From: Gammaproteobacteria bacterium
Lineage (GTDB): Bacteria > Pseudomonadota > Gammaproteobacteria > CAIRSR01
NCBI GenBank assembly: GCA_963575655.1
Contig: CAUYTY010000210.1
Location: 1 to 24,000, forward strand
Reading direction: 5' to 3'
Length of the DNA stretch: 24,000 nucleotides
The position numbers were made by a program, and so were the translations under genes. This document shows, in pieces, positions 5,762 to 14,367 of the stretch. Every line of letters begins with the position of its first letter. Position 1 is the stretch's first letter. The notes beneath the pieces are model-generated. The model saw nothing but the letters and a program-made list of their open reading frames with translations. It searched no databases and was not told the origin of the DNA.

Positions 5762-6781
5762 TCAATTCTCCAAGACGAAATAGAGTGCATAATGATTAGA
5801 GCCTTGCAGCGGTAATACCTCCGCGACGCTAACCTCTAGCTGTCCATTCGTGAAACCATGATCCAGATTTAATTCTGGAAAATGCTTACGTTCGGGGGAT
5901 GATTGTGCAGGAAAGGTAGTTGGATTTCCGGCAATAACATCTTTTAGCGTTTTAGTTAATCGACGATAACCAATGGTGCTCAATCCCGAGCCTTGTGGGG
6001 TATTAAAGTCGCCAAAGATCAGAAAAGGCGATCGCCCCAGATCATCCCCAAAGCGTTTACGAAGATTATCTTCCAGGTATCCCATCTGGAACCAAAGTGG
6101 ATTATCACTTCCTCCCATAACCTCCGCCATGGTAGAAAGTACCCCCTTTCTTTTGAGGAGTATGCGCCAGGGATCCAAAAGATGTACTGGCAAGATGTAA
6201 AACGGAGTATCTCTTCTTACAATCTTCAGGCAAAGCAGTGGGCGCGTAAAAGAATCTTTGATTAGACGCCAACTTTTGCGGTAGGTATTTTTTTCGGTAA
6301 TCGATTCAAGCGATGGTGGTGTCCAATCGAGATGACCGAGTAATTCCATTGCTAACTTTGTCCTGCTGTAAATTGCTATGCCGACAGCGGTGTTAGCCGA
6401 GTTATAAGGCTCAAAATGATGATAGGGATATACCTCTGCAAGACGGTTTTGCGTCTCAGCAGCGAGTGCTTTGGAGGAATATTCCGCAAAGGCAAGCAGA
6501 TCCGGCCGAATCGAGGAATGAATCAGGCTGATAAGATTCTCGTCCAAAGACGGCTTCGGAAGTTTTCGGTTTACCAACCCATTCCGTACGTTCCACCAGA
6601 AAATTCGATATCCTGATGCTTCGACAATGATTTGCAAAGTTTCCGGTCGAACGTCTTCATCCCAAATGAATTTTTCAATAATTGGTGTTGCTTGTTCAGG
6701 GGTTGAATATACGCTCGTGTTAACCAATACGCCTGAGATGAATAAGATCAAGGTGAAGAGGGATCTACACTTCCTTATCAT
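5762..6781 (-). CDS. Secreted endonuclease/exonuclease/phosphatase (EEP) family protein
   Basis: The C-terminal motifs FLIFGDFNTP and SNHYALYF are typical of the EEP fold. I chose Met36 of the listed ORF (cat at 6779-6781) as the start. This gives the signal-like N-terminus MIRKCRSLFTLILFISGVLVNTSVYS and avoids overlap with mlaA. The gene is visibly AT-richer than its neighbours. Confidence 0.7.
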   Translation of the reverse strand: MIRKCRSLFTLILFISGVLVNTSVYSTPEQATPIIEKFIWDEDVRPETLQIIVEASGYRIFWWNVRNGLVNRKLPKPSLDENLISLIHSSIRPDLLAFAEYSSKALAAETQNRLAEVYPYHHFEPYNSANTAVGIAIYSRTKLAMELLGHLDWTPPSLESITEKNTYRKSWRLIKDSFTRPLLCLKIVRRDTPFYILPVHLLDPWRILLKRKGVLSTMAEVMGGSDNPLWFQMGYLEDNLRKRFGDDLGRSPFLIFGDFNTPQGSGLSTIGYRRLTKTLKDVIAGNPTTFPAQSSPERKHFPELNLDHGFTNGQLEVSVAEVLPLQGSNHYALYFVLEN

Positions 6782-6791
6782 AAACTGTTGT

Positions 6792-7520
6792 CTAGCGGCG
6801 ATCGGGTTGATCTGGGTAGTTATCGATGGTTTCCTCTCCCCGACGCCCATCGTGCACAAGGCTGTCTCGTCGCTGTAGGTAGGCATCGCGGACGAAGAGG
6901 TAGCGATCTAGGGCCGCCTCATCTAGGACACGTCCCGCGCCGAGCAGATTGGCGCGGGTGTCGATGACTCGGAGGGCGACCGTGCCATAGTGGGTCCTAT
7001 CCGGCTCAATGCGATAGACCGGGTCCACGGCAGAGTCAGCCACCAGACCCACCGTATCGCGTACCGTACGTGGCCCAAAGAACGGCAACACCAGGTAGGG
7101 TCCCGAATCAATACCCCAGTAACCTAGCGTCTGACCAAAATCTTCATTGTGTTTGGGAATGTCCCAGGCACTGGCAACATCAAACAGTCCGAGTAGGCCA
7201 AAGGTTGTGTTGTAGACGAGGCGAACACCGTCCTGTAAACCTTGCTCAACCTTGAATTGGAGAAAATCATTGGTGGTAACCAACACACCACCTAAATTAC
7301 TGAAAAAGTTCGCAACGGATTCGGTGACCGGACTCGGTAGAGTACTACTGTAAAACTCGGCGATAGGCTTGAGAGCGCGATCCAAAACGGTATTATTAAA
7401 GGAATCCACCGCTCGATTTAGGAGCTCCCAGGGGTCACGAGGGTCGTGATCAGGCCCGGAGGCACAACCAACCAGGACGGTCATGGTTAGCGTCAGGAGA
7501 GAAACGGTGAGTGGTCTCAT
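6792..7520 (-). CDS. mlaA: Outer-membrane lipoprotein MlaA (VacJ)
   Basis: It has the lipobox LVGC. The motifs DPWE..NR..FNFN-like, GLLG..DVA, FGQTLG.WG and GPYLVLPFFGP.T.RD are characteristic of the VacJ family. Confidence 0.9.
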   Translation of the reverse strand: MRPLTVSLLTLTMTVLVGCASGPDHDPRDPWELLNRAVDSFNNTVLDRALKPIAEFYSSTLPSPVTESVANFFSNLGGVLVTTNDFLQFKVEQGLQDGVRLVYNTTFGLLGLFDVASAWDIPKHNEDFGQTLGYWGIDSGPYLVLPFFGPRTVRDTVGLVADSAVDPVYRIEPDRTHYGTVALRVIDTRANLLGAGRVLDEAALDRYLFVRDAYLQRRDSLVHDGRRGEETIDNYPDQPDRR

Positions 7521-7712
7521 GGGATGTCAGGCTGGAGAGTAACAAGGGAAGCGGCTCAGGCACGAATGCTGGCAGCCCAAATACGGGCGCGATGATGGCA
7601 TTCTGCCCGCTCAAAGCTCAAGAGTTTTGCCTGTTCAAAAACATGAGAACAGCACCTAAGTGTTGACCGCTATCATTTTCATCTGTTTTACGATAGAAGG
7701 AATTCCGTTACA

Positions 7713-8585
7713 ATGGAAAAACCTTCCCATCCCTACTGGTTGATCGCAGTGGCAGTTCCTGCCTCCTCTCAAGAAAACTCTCTCAGTGCCCCCCTCGTGG
7801 TGGTTCGCGGCCTGCGTTTTGTGCGTGGGGAACGGGTCATCTTTGATGATGTGGACCTCACCATCCCACGAGGGCGAGTGACGGCCATCATGGGACCCAG
7901 CGGCACCGGCAAGACCACCTTATTGCGCATCATCGGGGGACAGCTAGTGCCCGATGCCGGGCGGGTCGAGGTGGATGGCCTGGATGTCCATCAACTGAAG
8001 CGGCGCGATCTGTTTGAACTGCGCAAGCGCATGGGTATGCTGTTCCAAGCGGGGGCGCTGCTGACCGATTTGAGTGTCTTTGAAAACGTTGCCTTCCCTC
8101 TACGCGAGCATACCCAACTCCCGGAGTCGATGATCCGCGACCTAGTGTTGCTCAAGCTTGAGGCGGTGGGGCTACGCGGGGCAAAAGACTTGATGCCAGG
8201 CCAACTCTCCGGGGGAATGGCGCGAAGGGTGGCACTCGCACGAGCCATTGCCCTAGACCCAATGTTGGTTATGTACGACGAGCCCTTTAGCGGCCAGGAC
8301 CCTATTTCTCTGGGGGTATTGGCGCGGCTCGTTCGTAGTCTCAATGACAGTCTAGGGCTGACCAGTCTGGTGGTCTCCCACGACGTTCAGGAGACCTGTG
8401 CCATTGCCGACTACGTGTACCTCATTGCAGAGGGCCGAGTAGTAGGGGAAGGGACCCCCGAACAGATGCGCACCAGCCCCTCCGCATGGGTGCAGCAATT
8501 CATGCACGCCCGCGTCGAGGGGCCGGTACCTTTCCATTATCCGGCGTTGGACTTGGCGGCAGACCTGATGGGAGATGCAAAGTGA
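7713..8585 (+). CDS. mlaF: Phospholipid ABC transporter ATP-binding protein MlaF
   Basis: It has Walker A GPSGTGKTT, signature LSGGMARRVALARA and Walker B MYDEPF. It is colinear with E. coli MlaF, including the C-terminal GPVPFHYPA. The N-terminus is ~20 aa longer than in E. coli, so the true start may be internal. Confidence 0.9.
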   Translation: MEKPSHPYWLIAVAVPASSQENSLSAPLVVVRGLRFVRGERVIFDDVDLTIPRGRVTAIMGPSGTGKTTLLRIIGGQLVPDAGRVEVDGLDVHQLKRRDLFELRKRMGMLFQAGALLTDLSVFENVAFPLREHTQLPESMIRDLVLLKLEAVGLRGAKDLMPGQLSGGMARRVALARAIALDPMLVMYDEPFSGQDPISLGVLARLVRSLNDSLGLTSLVVSHDVQETCAIADYVYLIAEGRVVGEGTPEQMRTSPSAWVQQFMHARVEGPVPFHYPALDLAADLMGDAK

Positions 8586-9367
8586 TCAGCGACTGGCTTG
8601 CGGCTTGGGGTCGCCGCGGACTAGAGGTTTTGATGCGTATGGGGCGGGCTCACATCCTGTTGTACTACGTCGTTCTTGCCCTACCCGCATCGGTGCGTCT
8701 TTTTCGGGAGGTGGTGCGCCAGGTCCATTCGGTCGGGGTGAGGTCGTTGGTGATCATCATCGTTTCGGGGCTGTTCGTGGGAATGGTCCTGAGCCTGCAA
8801 GGTTATAACACCCTGGTAGACTTCGGTGCTGCACAATCTCTGGGGGTATTAGTTGCCCTGTCGCTGGTGCGAGAGCTAGGACCGGTAGTGAGTGCCCTAC
8901 TCTATGGCGGTCGGGCAGGTTCGGCGCTGGCGGCGGAGATCGGCTTGATGAAGGCGACCGAGCAACTTTCCGGTATGGAGATGATGGCGGTGGACCCCAT
9001 TGAACGCGTCATAGCGCCGCGTTTCGTGGCTGGGGTCGTAACGATGCCGTTGCTGGCCGCCATCTTTAGCGCCGTGGGGGTATTAGGGGGCTATTTCGTG
9101 GCGGTGGGATTGCTTGGCTTGGACGATGGGGCCTTTTGGTCTCAGATGCAGGCCAAGGTGAACCTCTACGAAGATATCGGCAACGGCATCCTCAAGAGTG
9201 TTGTCTTTGGATTCGCATCGACCTGGATTGCCCTGTTTCAAGGGTACGATGCGGTGCCTACCGCTGAGGGGGTAAGTCTTGCGACTACCCGTACCGTGGT
9301 TCATACCGCTCTGGCGGTGTTGGCTCTGGATTTTGTCCTTACCGCCCTGATGTTCAACAAGGTTTAA
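8582..9367 (+). CDS. mlaE: Phospholipid ABC transporter permease MlaE
   Basis: The GTG at 8582 overlaps the mlaF stop (GTGA). From there the product is colinear with E. coli MlaE (LSLVRELGPVV.ALL..GRAGSAL.AEIGLM.ATEQL..MEMMAVDP). The listed ORF start at 8486 lies inside mlaF. Confidence 0.9.
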   Translation: MISDWLAAWGRRGLEVLMRMGRAHILLYYVVLALPASVRLFREVVRQVHSVGVRSLVIIIVSGLFVGMVLSLQGYNTLVDFGAAQSLGVLVALSLVRELGPVVSALLYGGRAGSALAAEIGLMKATEQLSGMEMMAVDPIERVIAPRFVAGVVTMPLLAAIFSAVGVLGGYFVAVGLLGLDDGAFWSQMQAKVNLYEDIGNGILKSVVFGFASTWIALFQGYDAVPTAEGVSLATTRTVVHTALAVLALDFVLTALMFNKV

Positions 9368-9372
9368 GAAAA

Positions 9373-9846
9373 ATGAGGCAACAGAGAAGTCTGGAGATCG
9401 CGGTTGGGGGGTTCATGGCCCTGGGCCTGGCCGCCCTATTTATGCTGGCCATGCGAGTCAGCAATCTGAGTGCCCTGGGAACGGAGGAAGGTTACGACCT
9501 TACAGCCCGTTTCCAAAATATCGGAGGACTCAAAGAGCGTTCACCGGTGAGTGTGGCCGGAGTACGGGTGGGCCGGGTGACGAAGATCGACTTCGACGGT
9601 AAAACCTACGAGGCAGTGGTGCGAATGCACATTGCCGCGCGTTACAACACCCTGCCCAAGGATACCTCGGCGAGCATCCTAACCTCGGGGTTGCTGGGTG
9701 AGCAGTACGTGGGGCTCGATCCAGGCGGGGATATGGTTCCGCTCAAGAACGGCGATGAGATCCGACTCTCCCAATCAGCGCTGGTGTTGGAGCGATTCAT
9801 CGGCCAACTTCTCTACAACAAGGCCCAGGAGACTGATAAAAAATGA
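9373..9846 (+). CDS. mlaD: MCE-domain phospholipid-binding protein MlaD
   Basis: It has an N-terminal TM anchor followed by an MCE domain (GGL...SPV.VAGV.VG.V..I). Confidence 0.9.
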   Translation: MRQQRSLEIAVGGFMALGLAALFMLAMRVSNLSALGTEEGYDLTARFQNIGGLKERSPVSVAGVRVGRVTKIDFDGKTYEAVVRMHIAARYNTLPKDTSASILTSGLLGEQYVGLDPGGDMVPLKNGDEIRLSQSALVLERFIGQLLYNKAQETDKK

Positions 9847-10499
9847 GCCAAACCCCGTGGATGATCTTCCCCCTGGTGGGACTTTTGTGGATAGCACCAG
9901 CAGTGGCGCAGGATTCTCCCACCACCGCACCGAATACTCAGCAACGAGAGATTCAAGATCCACAGCAGCTGATCCAGGGGGTTATGGATAAAGTACTCGC
10001 GCGGCTTCAGGGTCATCAGGAAGAGATGCGCCGTGATTCACATCGAATCTACGCTTTGGTAGAGGAATTGATACTACCCCATTTCGACTTTGAGCGGATG
10101 TCGCGCTGGGTATTGGGACGGTATTGGAATGATGCTACGCCGGTGCAACAGGCTCATTTCGTGGAACAATTCCGCAATCTGCTGGTACGTACCTATGGTG
10201 TCGCCTTGCTGGACTATACCGACGAGAAGATTCAGTTTCTACCTTCTCGAGGTGATCCCGCGCGTGGCGAATCTACAGTGCGTATCAACATTCGGCACCG
10301 TGGTAATGTTATCTCCATTGATTCCAACCTCTACCTGAAAGATACGGCGTGGAAAGTTTACGACGTGATCATCAATGGGGTGAGCTTGGTCGCTAACTAT
10401 CGAAATTCCTTTGCGACCGAGATCCGCAACAATGGTATGGATGGTCTCATCAATCGGCTGACCGATCGTAACCAAGGCAAAGAAGAAAAGAGCGGCTAA
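9843..10499 (+). CDS. mlaC: Periplasmic phospholipid-binding protein MlaC (Ttg2D family)
   Basis: Its start overlaps the mlaD stop (ATGA). It has a signal peptide. The motifs F.F..M.R.VLG..W and Y.L....WK.YDV.I.GVSLV..YR..F are typical of MlaC. Confidence 0.85.
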   Translation: MSQTPWMIFPLVGLLWIAPAVAQDSPTTAPNTQQREIQDPQQLIQGVMDKVLARLQGHQEEMRRDSHRIYALVEELILPHFDFERMSRWVLGRYWNDATPVQQAHFVEQFRNLLVRTYGVALLDYTDEKIQFLPSRGDPARGESTVRINIRHRGNVISIDSNLYLKDTAWKVYDVIINGVSLVANYRNSFATEIRNNGMDGLINRLTDRNQGKEEKSG

Positions 10500-10573
10500 C
10501 CCATTGGGTCTTAACGGATTGTTCGCGGATTAAATGATGGTAGATCAATTCATCTTGGACAACAGGCAGTGGC

Positions 10574-10873
10574 ATGAAAACGGTACATATCGAGCCTCAG
10601 GGCAGCGGCTGCTATTTATTCTCGGGTGAATTAAGTTTTGCCACAGTGCCCGTTGCCTGGGCACGTACAGAAGAATTGTTTGCTGGCCCAGCGTCGCTGG
10701 TACTCGATCTCGCGGGAATTACCCGAAGCGACAGTGCCGCACTGATTTTACTCCTTGGCTGGATCCGCTTGGCGCGTCGTCGTGGAAAAGAAATTGGTTA
10801 CCGTAATCTGCCCGCCCAGCTTTTGGCGGTGGCCAAGGTGAGTGGAGTAGAGAATTTGCTGCCTCGTGGATGA
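10574..10873 (+). CDS. mlaB: STAS-domain protein MlaB
   Basis: This 99-aa product is the last gene of the mla operon. It has the STAS pattern (LDLAGITRSDSAALILLL). Confidence 0.8.
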   Translation: MKTVHIEPQGSGCYLFSGELSFATVPVAWARTEELFAGPASLVLDLAGITRSDSAALILLLGWIRLARRRGKEIGYRNLPAQLLAVAKVSGVENLLPRG

Positions 10874-10952
10874 ATGGGGTGGCCAACTGGCCGGGCCAGA
10901 AAGGTAAGACACCGCCAAACAACGATGACCAAGGCTGTAATTCCAACCACGA

Positions 10953-12989
10953 TCAGCCGTTGTATAAGTGGCAATGGACAAGATGGGTGTCAGACAAGGC
11001 CGCCGTACACGGATAGTGTTTGCTACAAAGGGGGAGAACGGCCGGACAACGGGGATGGAAGTGACAACCCGAGGGAGGTGTCGCCGGTGAGGGTGGGTCG
11101 CCAGAGAGGCGTACCACCTCACGCCGTGTTCTGGCCTCTATCACCGGCACAGCCGCAAGCAACGCGCGGGTATAGGGGTGTTTGGGGGTCTTCAGCACCT
11201 CGTCCACACTCCCCTGTTCGACGATGCGCCCCAGATACATCACCGCAATGGTGTGGGCCAAATACTCCACCAAGCTCAGATTGTGTGTAACGAATAGGTA
11301 GGCAATCCCCAACCTATTCTGTAACTCCTTGAGTAGATTTATAATCTGAGCCTGGACCGAGACATCCAAGGCACTCGTAGGCTCATCGCAGACGATCAAG
11401 CGTGGCTCTACGGCCAACGTTCTCGCAAGGGCGATACGCTGGCGTTGACCACCGGAGAATTCATGGGGATAGCGCAGGATCATGTCTGAGGCCAGGCCAA
11501 CCTGTTGAAGCAACTCCACCACTCGTGCCTTGCGCGCCGCATTATTCCCCCCCACCCCAAGAGCCGCCATCCCTTCGGCGATAATCTCACCGACCCTCAT
11601 ACGGGGATTCATCGCGGCATAGGGGTCCTGAAATACGAATTGAAGCTCCCGCCGCCGCCGCCGTAGGGCCTCACCGGAGAGCCAAGTAAGGTCGGCCCCA
11701 TCGAATAAAACCCGCCCAGCGGTAGGTCGCAGGAGCTGGAGAACCCCCTTTCCAACCGTCGTCTTTCCGCAACCAGATTCCCCGACCAGGGCCACGGTAC
11801 GTCCCTCGAATACGGTGAGCGAGACCCCATCCACAGCACGCACATAGCCCTTAACCCGCTGTAACAACCCCGTGCGGATCGGGAAATGCACCATGAGCCG
11901 ACGGACCTCCAACAACGGCGTCACCTCTCGTGCCGCCCACAGCGAAGGATGCCGGGAGGTCTCTTCGGTCGTGGTTGGAATCGTCCCGCCTCCGTCGGTG
12001 GCGTCGGGATGGGCCAACGTTGGGTCGTAGAGGTGGCAACGTATCTGCGCCCCCCCCTTTAGATTCAACCACTGCGGGACATGGTCATGACAGTGAGACC
12101 AGGCCAAGTCACAGCGTAGAGCAAAACGACATCCCGGGGGGATCTGGTGTAGAGACGGTACCGTGCCAGAGATAACCGCGAGTGGCCGATCACGATGGAC
12201 ACGGTTAGGCAGCGCGGCAAACAATTTGCGCGTGTAAGGATGGCGTGGAGTAGCAAAAAACTGGGAGCGTGAGGCTTGCTCGACGAGGTGGCCGGCGTAC
12301 ATCACTGCCACTCGATCAGCCATCTCGTGGACCACACCCAAGTCGTGGGTGATGAGTAACAGCGCCATCCCCGTCTCGCGGGTGAGACTCCTCATCAACT
12401 CCAGAATCTGGGCCTGGAGGGTAACATCCAATGCAGTGGTGGGTTCATCGGCGATGATGAGGTCAGGCCGGCAGGCAAGCGCCATGGCGATCATCACTCG
12501 TTGCTTCATCCCCCCTGAAAATTGATGCGGATATTCGTTCAAACGCCGCTCGGGGTCAGGAATGCCCACCTGTATAAACAGATCCAACAACCGCGCACGT
12601 AGCGCCGCCCCCCGCAGACCGAGGTGGCGACGTAACGGTTCGGCCACTTGGTTGCCAACCGTCATCACCGGGTTGAGCGACGACTGCGGTTCCTGGAAGA
12701 CCATCGCCAGATGTCGTCCACGCACTCGCCGCATCTCCGCCTCGGGGAGACGCAACAAATCTTCGCCATTCATCCGCACACTGCCCCCACGTAGCCTTCC
12801 GGCTTCCGGGAGCAGACGCATCAGCGATAGGGCAGTTAACGACTTGCCGCAGCCCGACTCGCCCAACAAGGCAAATATCTCACCGCGACAAAGGTTAAAA
12901 CTCACCCTATCCACCGCAGTTAATTCACCATGACGAGTTGCCAGGGTGGTGCGTAGGTCCTCAACCTCCAGCAGCACATCAGCGCTCAC
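10953..12989 (-). CDS. Fused double-cassette ABC ATP-binding protein, oligopeptide/dipeptide (DppD/DppF, YejF/GsiA-like) type
   Basis: It has two Walker A motifs (GESGCGKS twice), two LSGG-type signatures (FSGGMKQR, FSGGQRQR) and two Opp-type C-terminal Cys/His-containing extensions. The start is GTG with a GGAGGG motif 6 nt upstream. Confidence 0.9.
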   Translation of the reverse strand: MSADVLLEVEDLRTTLATRHGELTAVDRVSFNLCRGEIFALLGESGCGKSLTALSLMRLLPEAGRLRGGSVRMNGEDLLRLPEAEMRRVRGRHLAMVFQEPQSSLNPVMTVGNQVAEPLRRHLGLRGAALRARLLDLFIQVGIPDPERRLNEYPHQFSGGMKQRVMIAMALACRPDLIIADEPTTALDVTLQAQILELMRSLTRETGMALLLITHDLGVVHEMADRVAVMYAGHLVEQASRSQFFATPRHPYTRKLFAALPNRVHRDRPLAVISGTVPSLHQIPPGCRFALRCDLAWSHCHDHVPQWLNLKGGAQIRCHLYDPTLAHPDATDGGGTIPTTTEETSRHPSLWAAREVTPLLEVRRLMVHFPIRTGLLQRVKGYVRAVDGVSLTVFEGRTVALVGESGCGKTTVGKGVLQLLRPTAGRVLFDGADLTWLSGEALRRRRRELQFVFQDPYAAMNPRMRVGEIIAEGMAALGVGGNNAARKARVVELLQQVGLASDMILRYPHEFSGGQRQRIALARTLAVEPRLIVCDEPTSALDVSVQAQIINLLKELQNRLGIAYLFVTHNLSLVEYLAHTIAVMYLGRIVEQGSVDEVLKTPKHPYTRALLAAVPVIEARTRREVVRLSGDPPSPATPPSGCHFHPRCPAVLPLCSKHYPCTAALSDTHLVHCHLYNG

Positions 12990-13263
12990 TGCGTGCCCTC
13001 CAGCGGATCTTTCCAGAAGTTCCCGCAGAAATCTCCTGGAATCATCCCTTGGATGATCGAGATAAATCCTTGATGAAGATATTTATTAGACGTTTCGTTA
13101 GTTGACAGTAACCGCATAATCGATAGGACCGGAGGCAAGGGTATATAAATTTGGGGCGCAGTATCCGGTATATACCCACCGGAAACCACCATCATCCTTC
13201 TCTTTGATATCATGAGCGAACTCCCGCAAGGCAACACCGAGCGGCAACGGACACTTGCCTCTA

Positions 13264-13345
13264 CCTCGCCGATTGCTACCTATAGTCTGTCGCCTTATGG
13301 TCATCATTTACTGACAATCTTGGCCTAATTAGCTAGGGCTTGAGC
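13264..13345. mobile_element. Possible degenerate fourth copy of the MITE family
   Basis: TA (13262-13263) is followed by cctcgccgattgctacctat, which contains an 11-nt match to the TIR core ttgctacctat. An internal catcatt matches copy B. The right end agctagggcttgagc resembles aggtagcaacttgagt. The match is weak and could be chance. Confidence 0.3.
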
Positions 13346-13609
13346 ATGGTCAGAAAATCGAGTGATTCTCTTCGGGTGATCCTTGCTGAGAATATTAAAA
13401 CGTTCCGAAAGGAAAAAAAGCTCTCTCAAGAAGAATTAGCCGAACGATGCGGTTTGCACCGCACATACATTGGATCAGTTGAGCGCCATGAACGAAACGT
13501 TACTCTCAGTACACTTGAAGTCTTATCAGAAACGTTAGGCGTAACTGTTCCTGAACTACTCACCAAATGCAAAAACCCATCAAATAACTTATCGGTGGGA
13601 GAAATTTAG
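13346..13609 (+). CDS. Controller (C) protein of the restriction-modification system, XRE-family HTH
   Basis: LSQEELAERCGLHRTYIGSVERHERNVTLSTLEVLSETLGV is the classic C-protein HTH. Its stop TAG overlaps the GTG start of the downstream endonuclease gene by 1 nt. The listed ORF starts at TTG 13340, but ATG 13346 is more likely. Confidence 0.8.
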   Translation: MVRKSSDSLRVILAENIKTFRKEKKLSQEELAERCGLHRTYIGSVERHERNVTLSTLEVLSETLGVTVPELLTKCKNPSNNLSVGEI

Positions 13610-14367
13610 TGAGCATTACCGAGAAAGAAATTAACGAAATCATTGAGATGCTACGCCGCCTTACCTTAACGCAACAAAAGTCAATTAAAGAAACAATTCT
13701 AGCATTTGGAAAACCACGAAACTACTGGCGTGCTTCAGATTCGGGTATTATTACACAAACTGTCTTGGATAATTTTGGCAACTGCCTATTGAGTCATCAT
13801 GTAGGGAGTCGTCAGGCACTAAGTAAGGATCGTTTCGAATTTGCCCTTGAGGCTACACTTAATGATTCAGGTATTCCTGCTCAACTTGTAAAAAGCAGAA
13901 CCAATCGTGGCCATGATCTTACCATTGCTGGCACACCAGTCAGCCTGAAGACTGAAGCAGCCGCTAATATAAAAGAGAACTTTATTCATATCAGCAAATG
14001 GATGGAATTAGGTAAAGGAGAATGGAAACTTCCATTGCTACGAGATCTATTTCTTGAACATATGCAAAGCTACGAACGAATCTTCACGTTACGGTGTCTT
14101 GATACAGATCCTGCCCAGACTCGCTACGAATTCGTGGAGATTCCAAAATCATTATTACTCGAAGCATCAAGCTGTCAGTTGGAAATTCGAGAAGACAGTA
14201 AACAAAACCCTAAACCTGGCTACGGATACATAAGAGACTGTGCTGGACAGTTAAAATACGCCCTTTATTTCGACGGTGGGACCGAACGAAAACTTCAGAT
14301 CAAGGGTCTACGCAAGGACCTCTGCAAAGTTCATGCGATTTGGACTTTCGGTTCAGCGGCCGCTTAG
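13609..14367 (+). CDS. Putative type II restriction endonuclease
   Basis: The call rests on position. It is translationally coupled to the C gene, has a GGTGGGAG RBS, and is convergent with and overlapping the methyltransferase gene. I could not recognise a family confidently by eye. Confidence 0.6.
   Translation: MSITEKEINEIIEMLRRLTLTQQKSIKETILAFGKPRNYWRASDSGIITQTVLDNFGNCLLSHHVGSRQALSKDRFEFALEATLNDSGIPAQLVKSRTNRGHDLTIAGTPVSLKTEAAANIKENFIHISKWMELGKGEWKLPLLRDLFLEHMQSYERIFTLRCLDTDPAQTRYEFVEIPKSLLLEASSCQLEIREDSKQNPKPGYGYIRDCAGQLKYALYFDGGTERKLQIKGLRKDLCKVHAIWTFGSAAA

Noticed and set aside
5973-6878. Plus-strand ORFs 5973..6200, 5993..6265, 6416..6616, 6627..6878
   Set aside because: They are antisense to the EEP-family gene and show no motifs.
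10719-11290. ORFs 10719..10946 (-), 10748..11122 (-), 10874..11290 (+)
   Set aside because: They overlap the mlaB 3' end or the ABC ATPase 3' end in other frames. The neighbouring genes account for the whole region.
11402-12933. Several ORFs on both strands inside the fused ABC ATPase gene
   Set aside because: They are alternative-frame or antisense ORFs within a 678-aa CDS that has two complete ABC cassettes.
12986-13307. Minus-strand ORFs 12986..13237 (83 aa) and 13098..13307 (69 aa) in the island leader
   Set aside because: They have no recognisable domain and no convincing RBS, and they overlap each other. The region is more likely non-coding promoter or MITE-remnant DNA. A small novel gene cannot be fully excluded.
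13609-14367. Temptation to name the endonuclease specificity (for example a SmaI/XmaI-like CCCGGG system) from the C/R/m4C-type M architecture
   Set aside because: I cannot verify any sequence identity from memory. CCCGGG sites occur in the window (for example near 12131 and 16918), so avoidance gives no support. The specificity is left unassigned.
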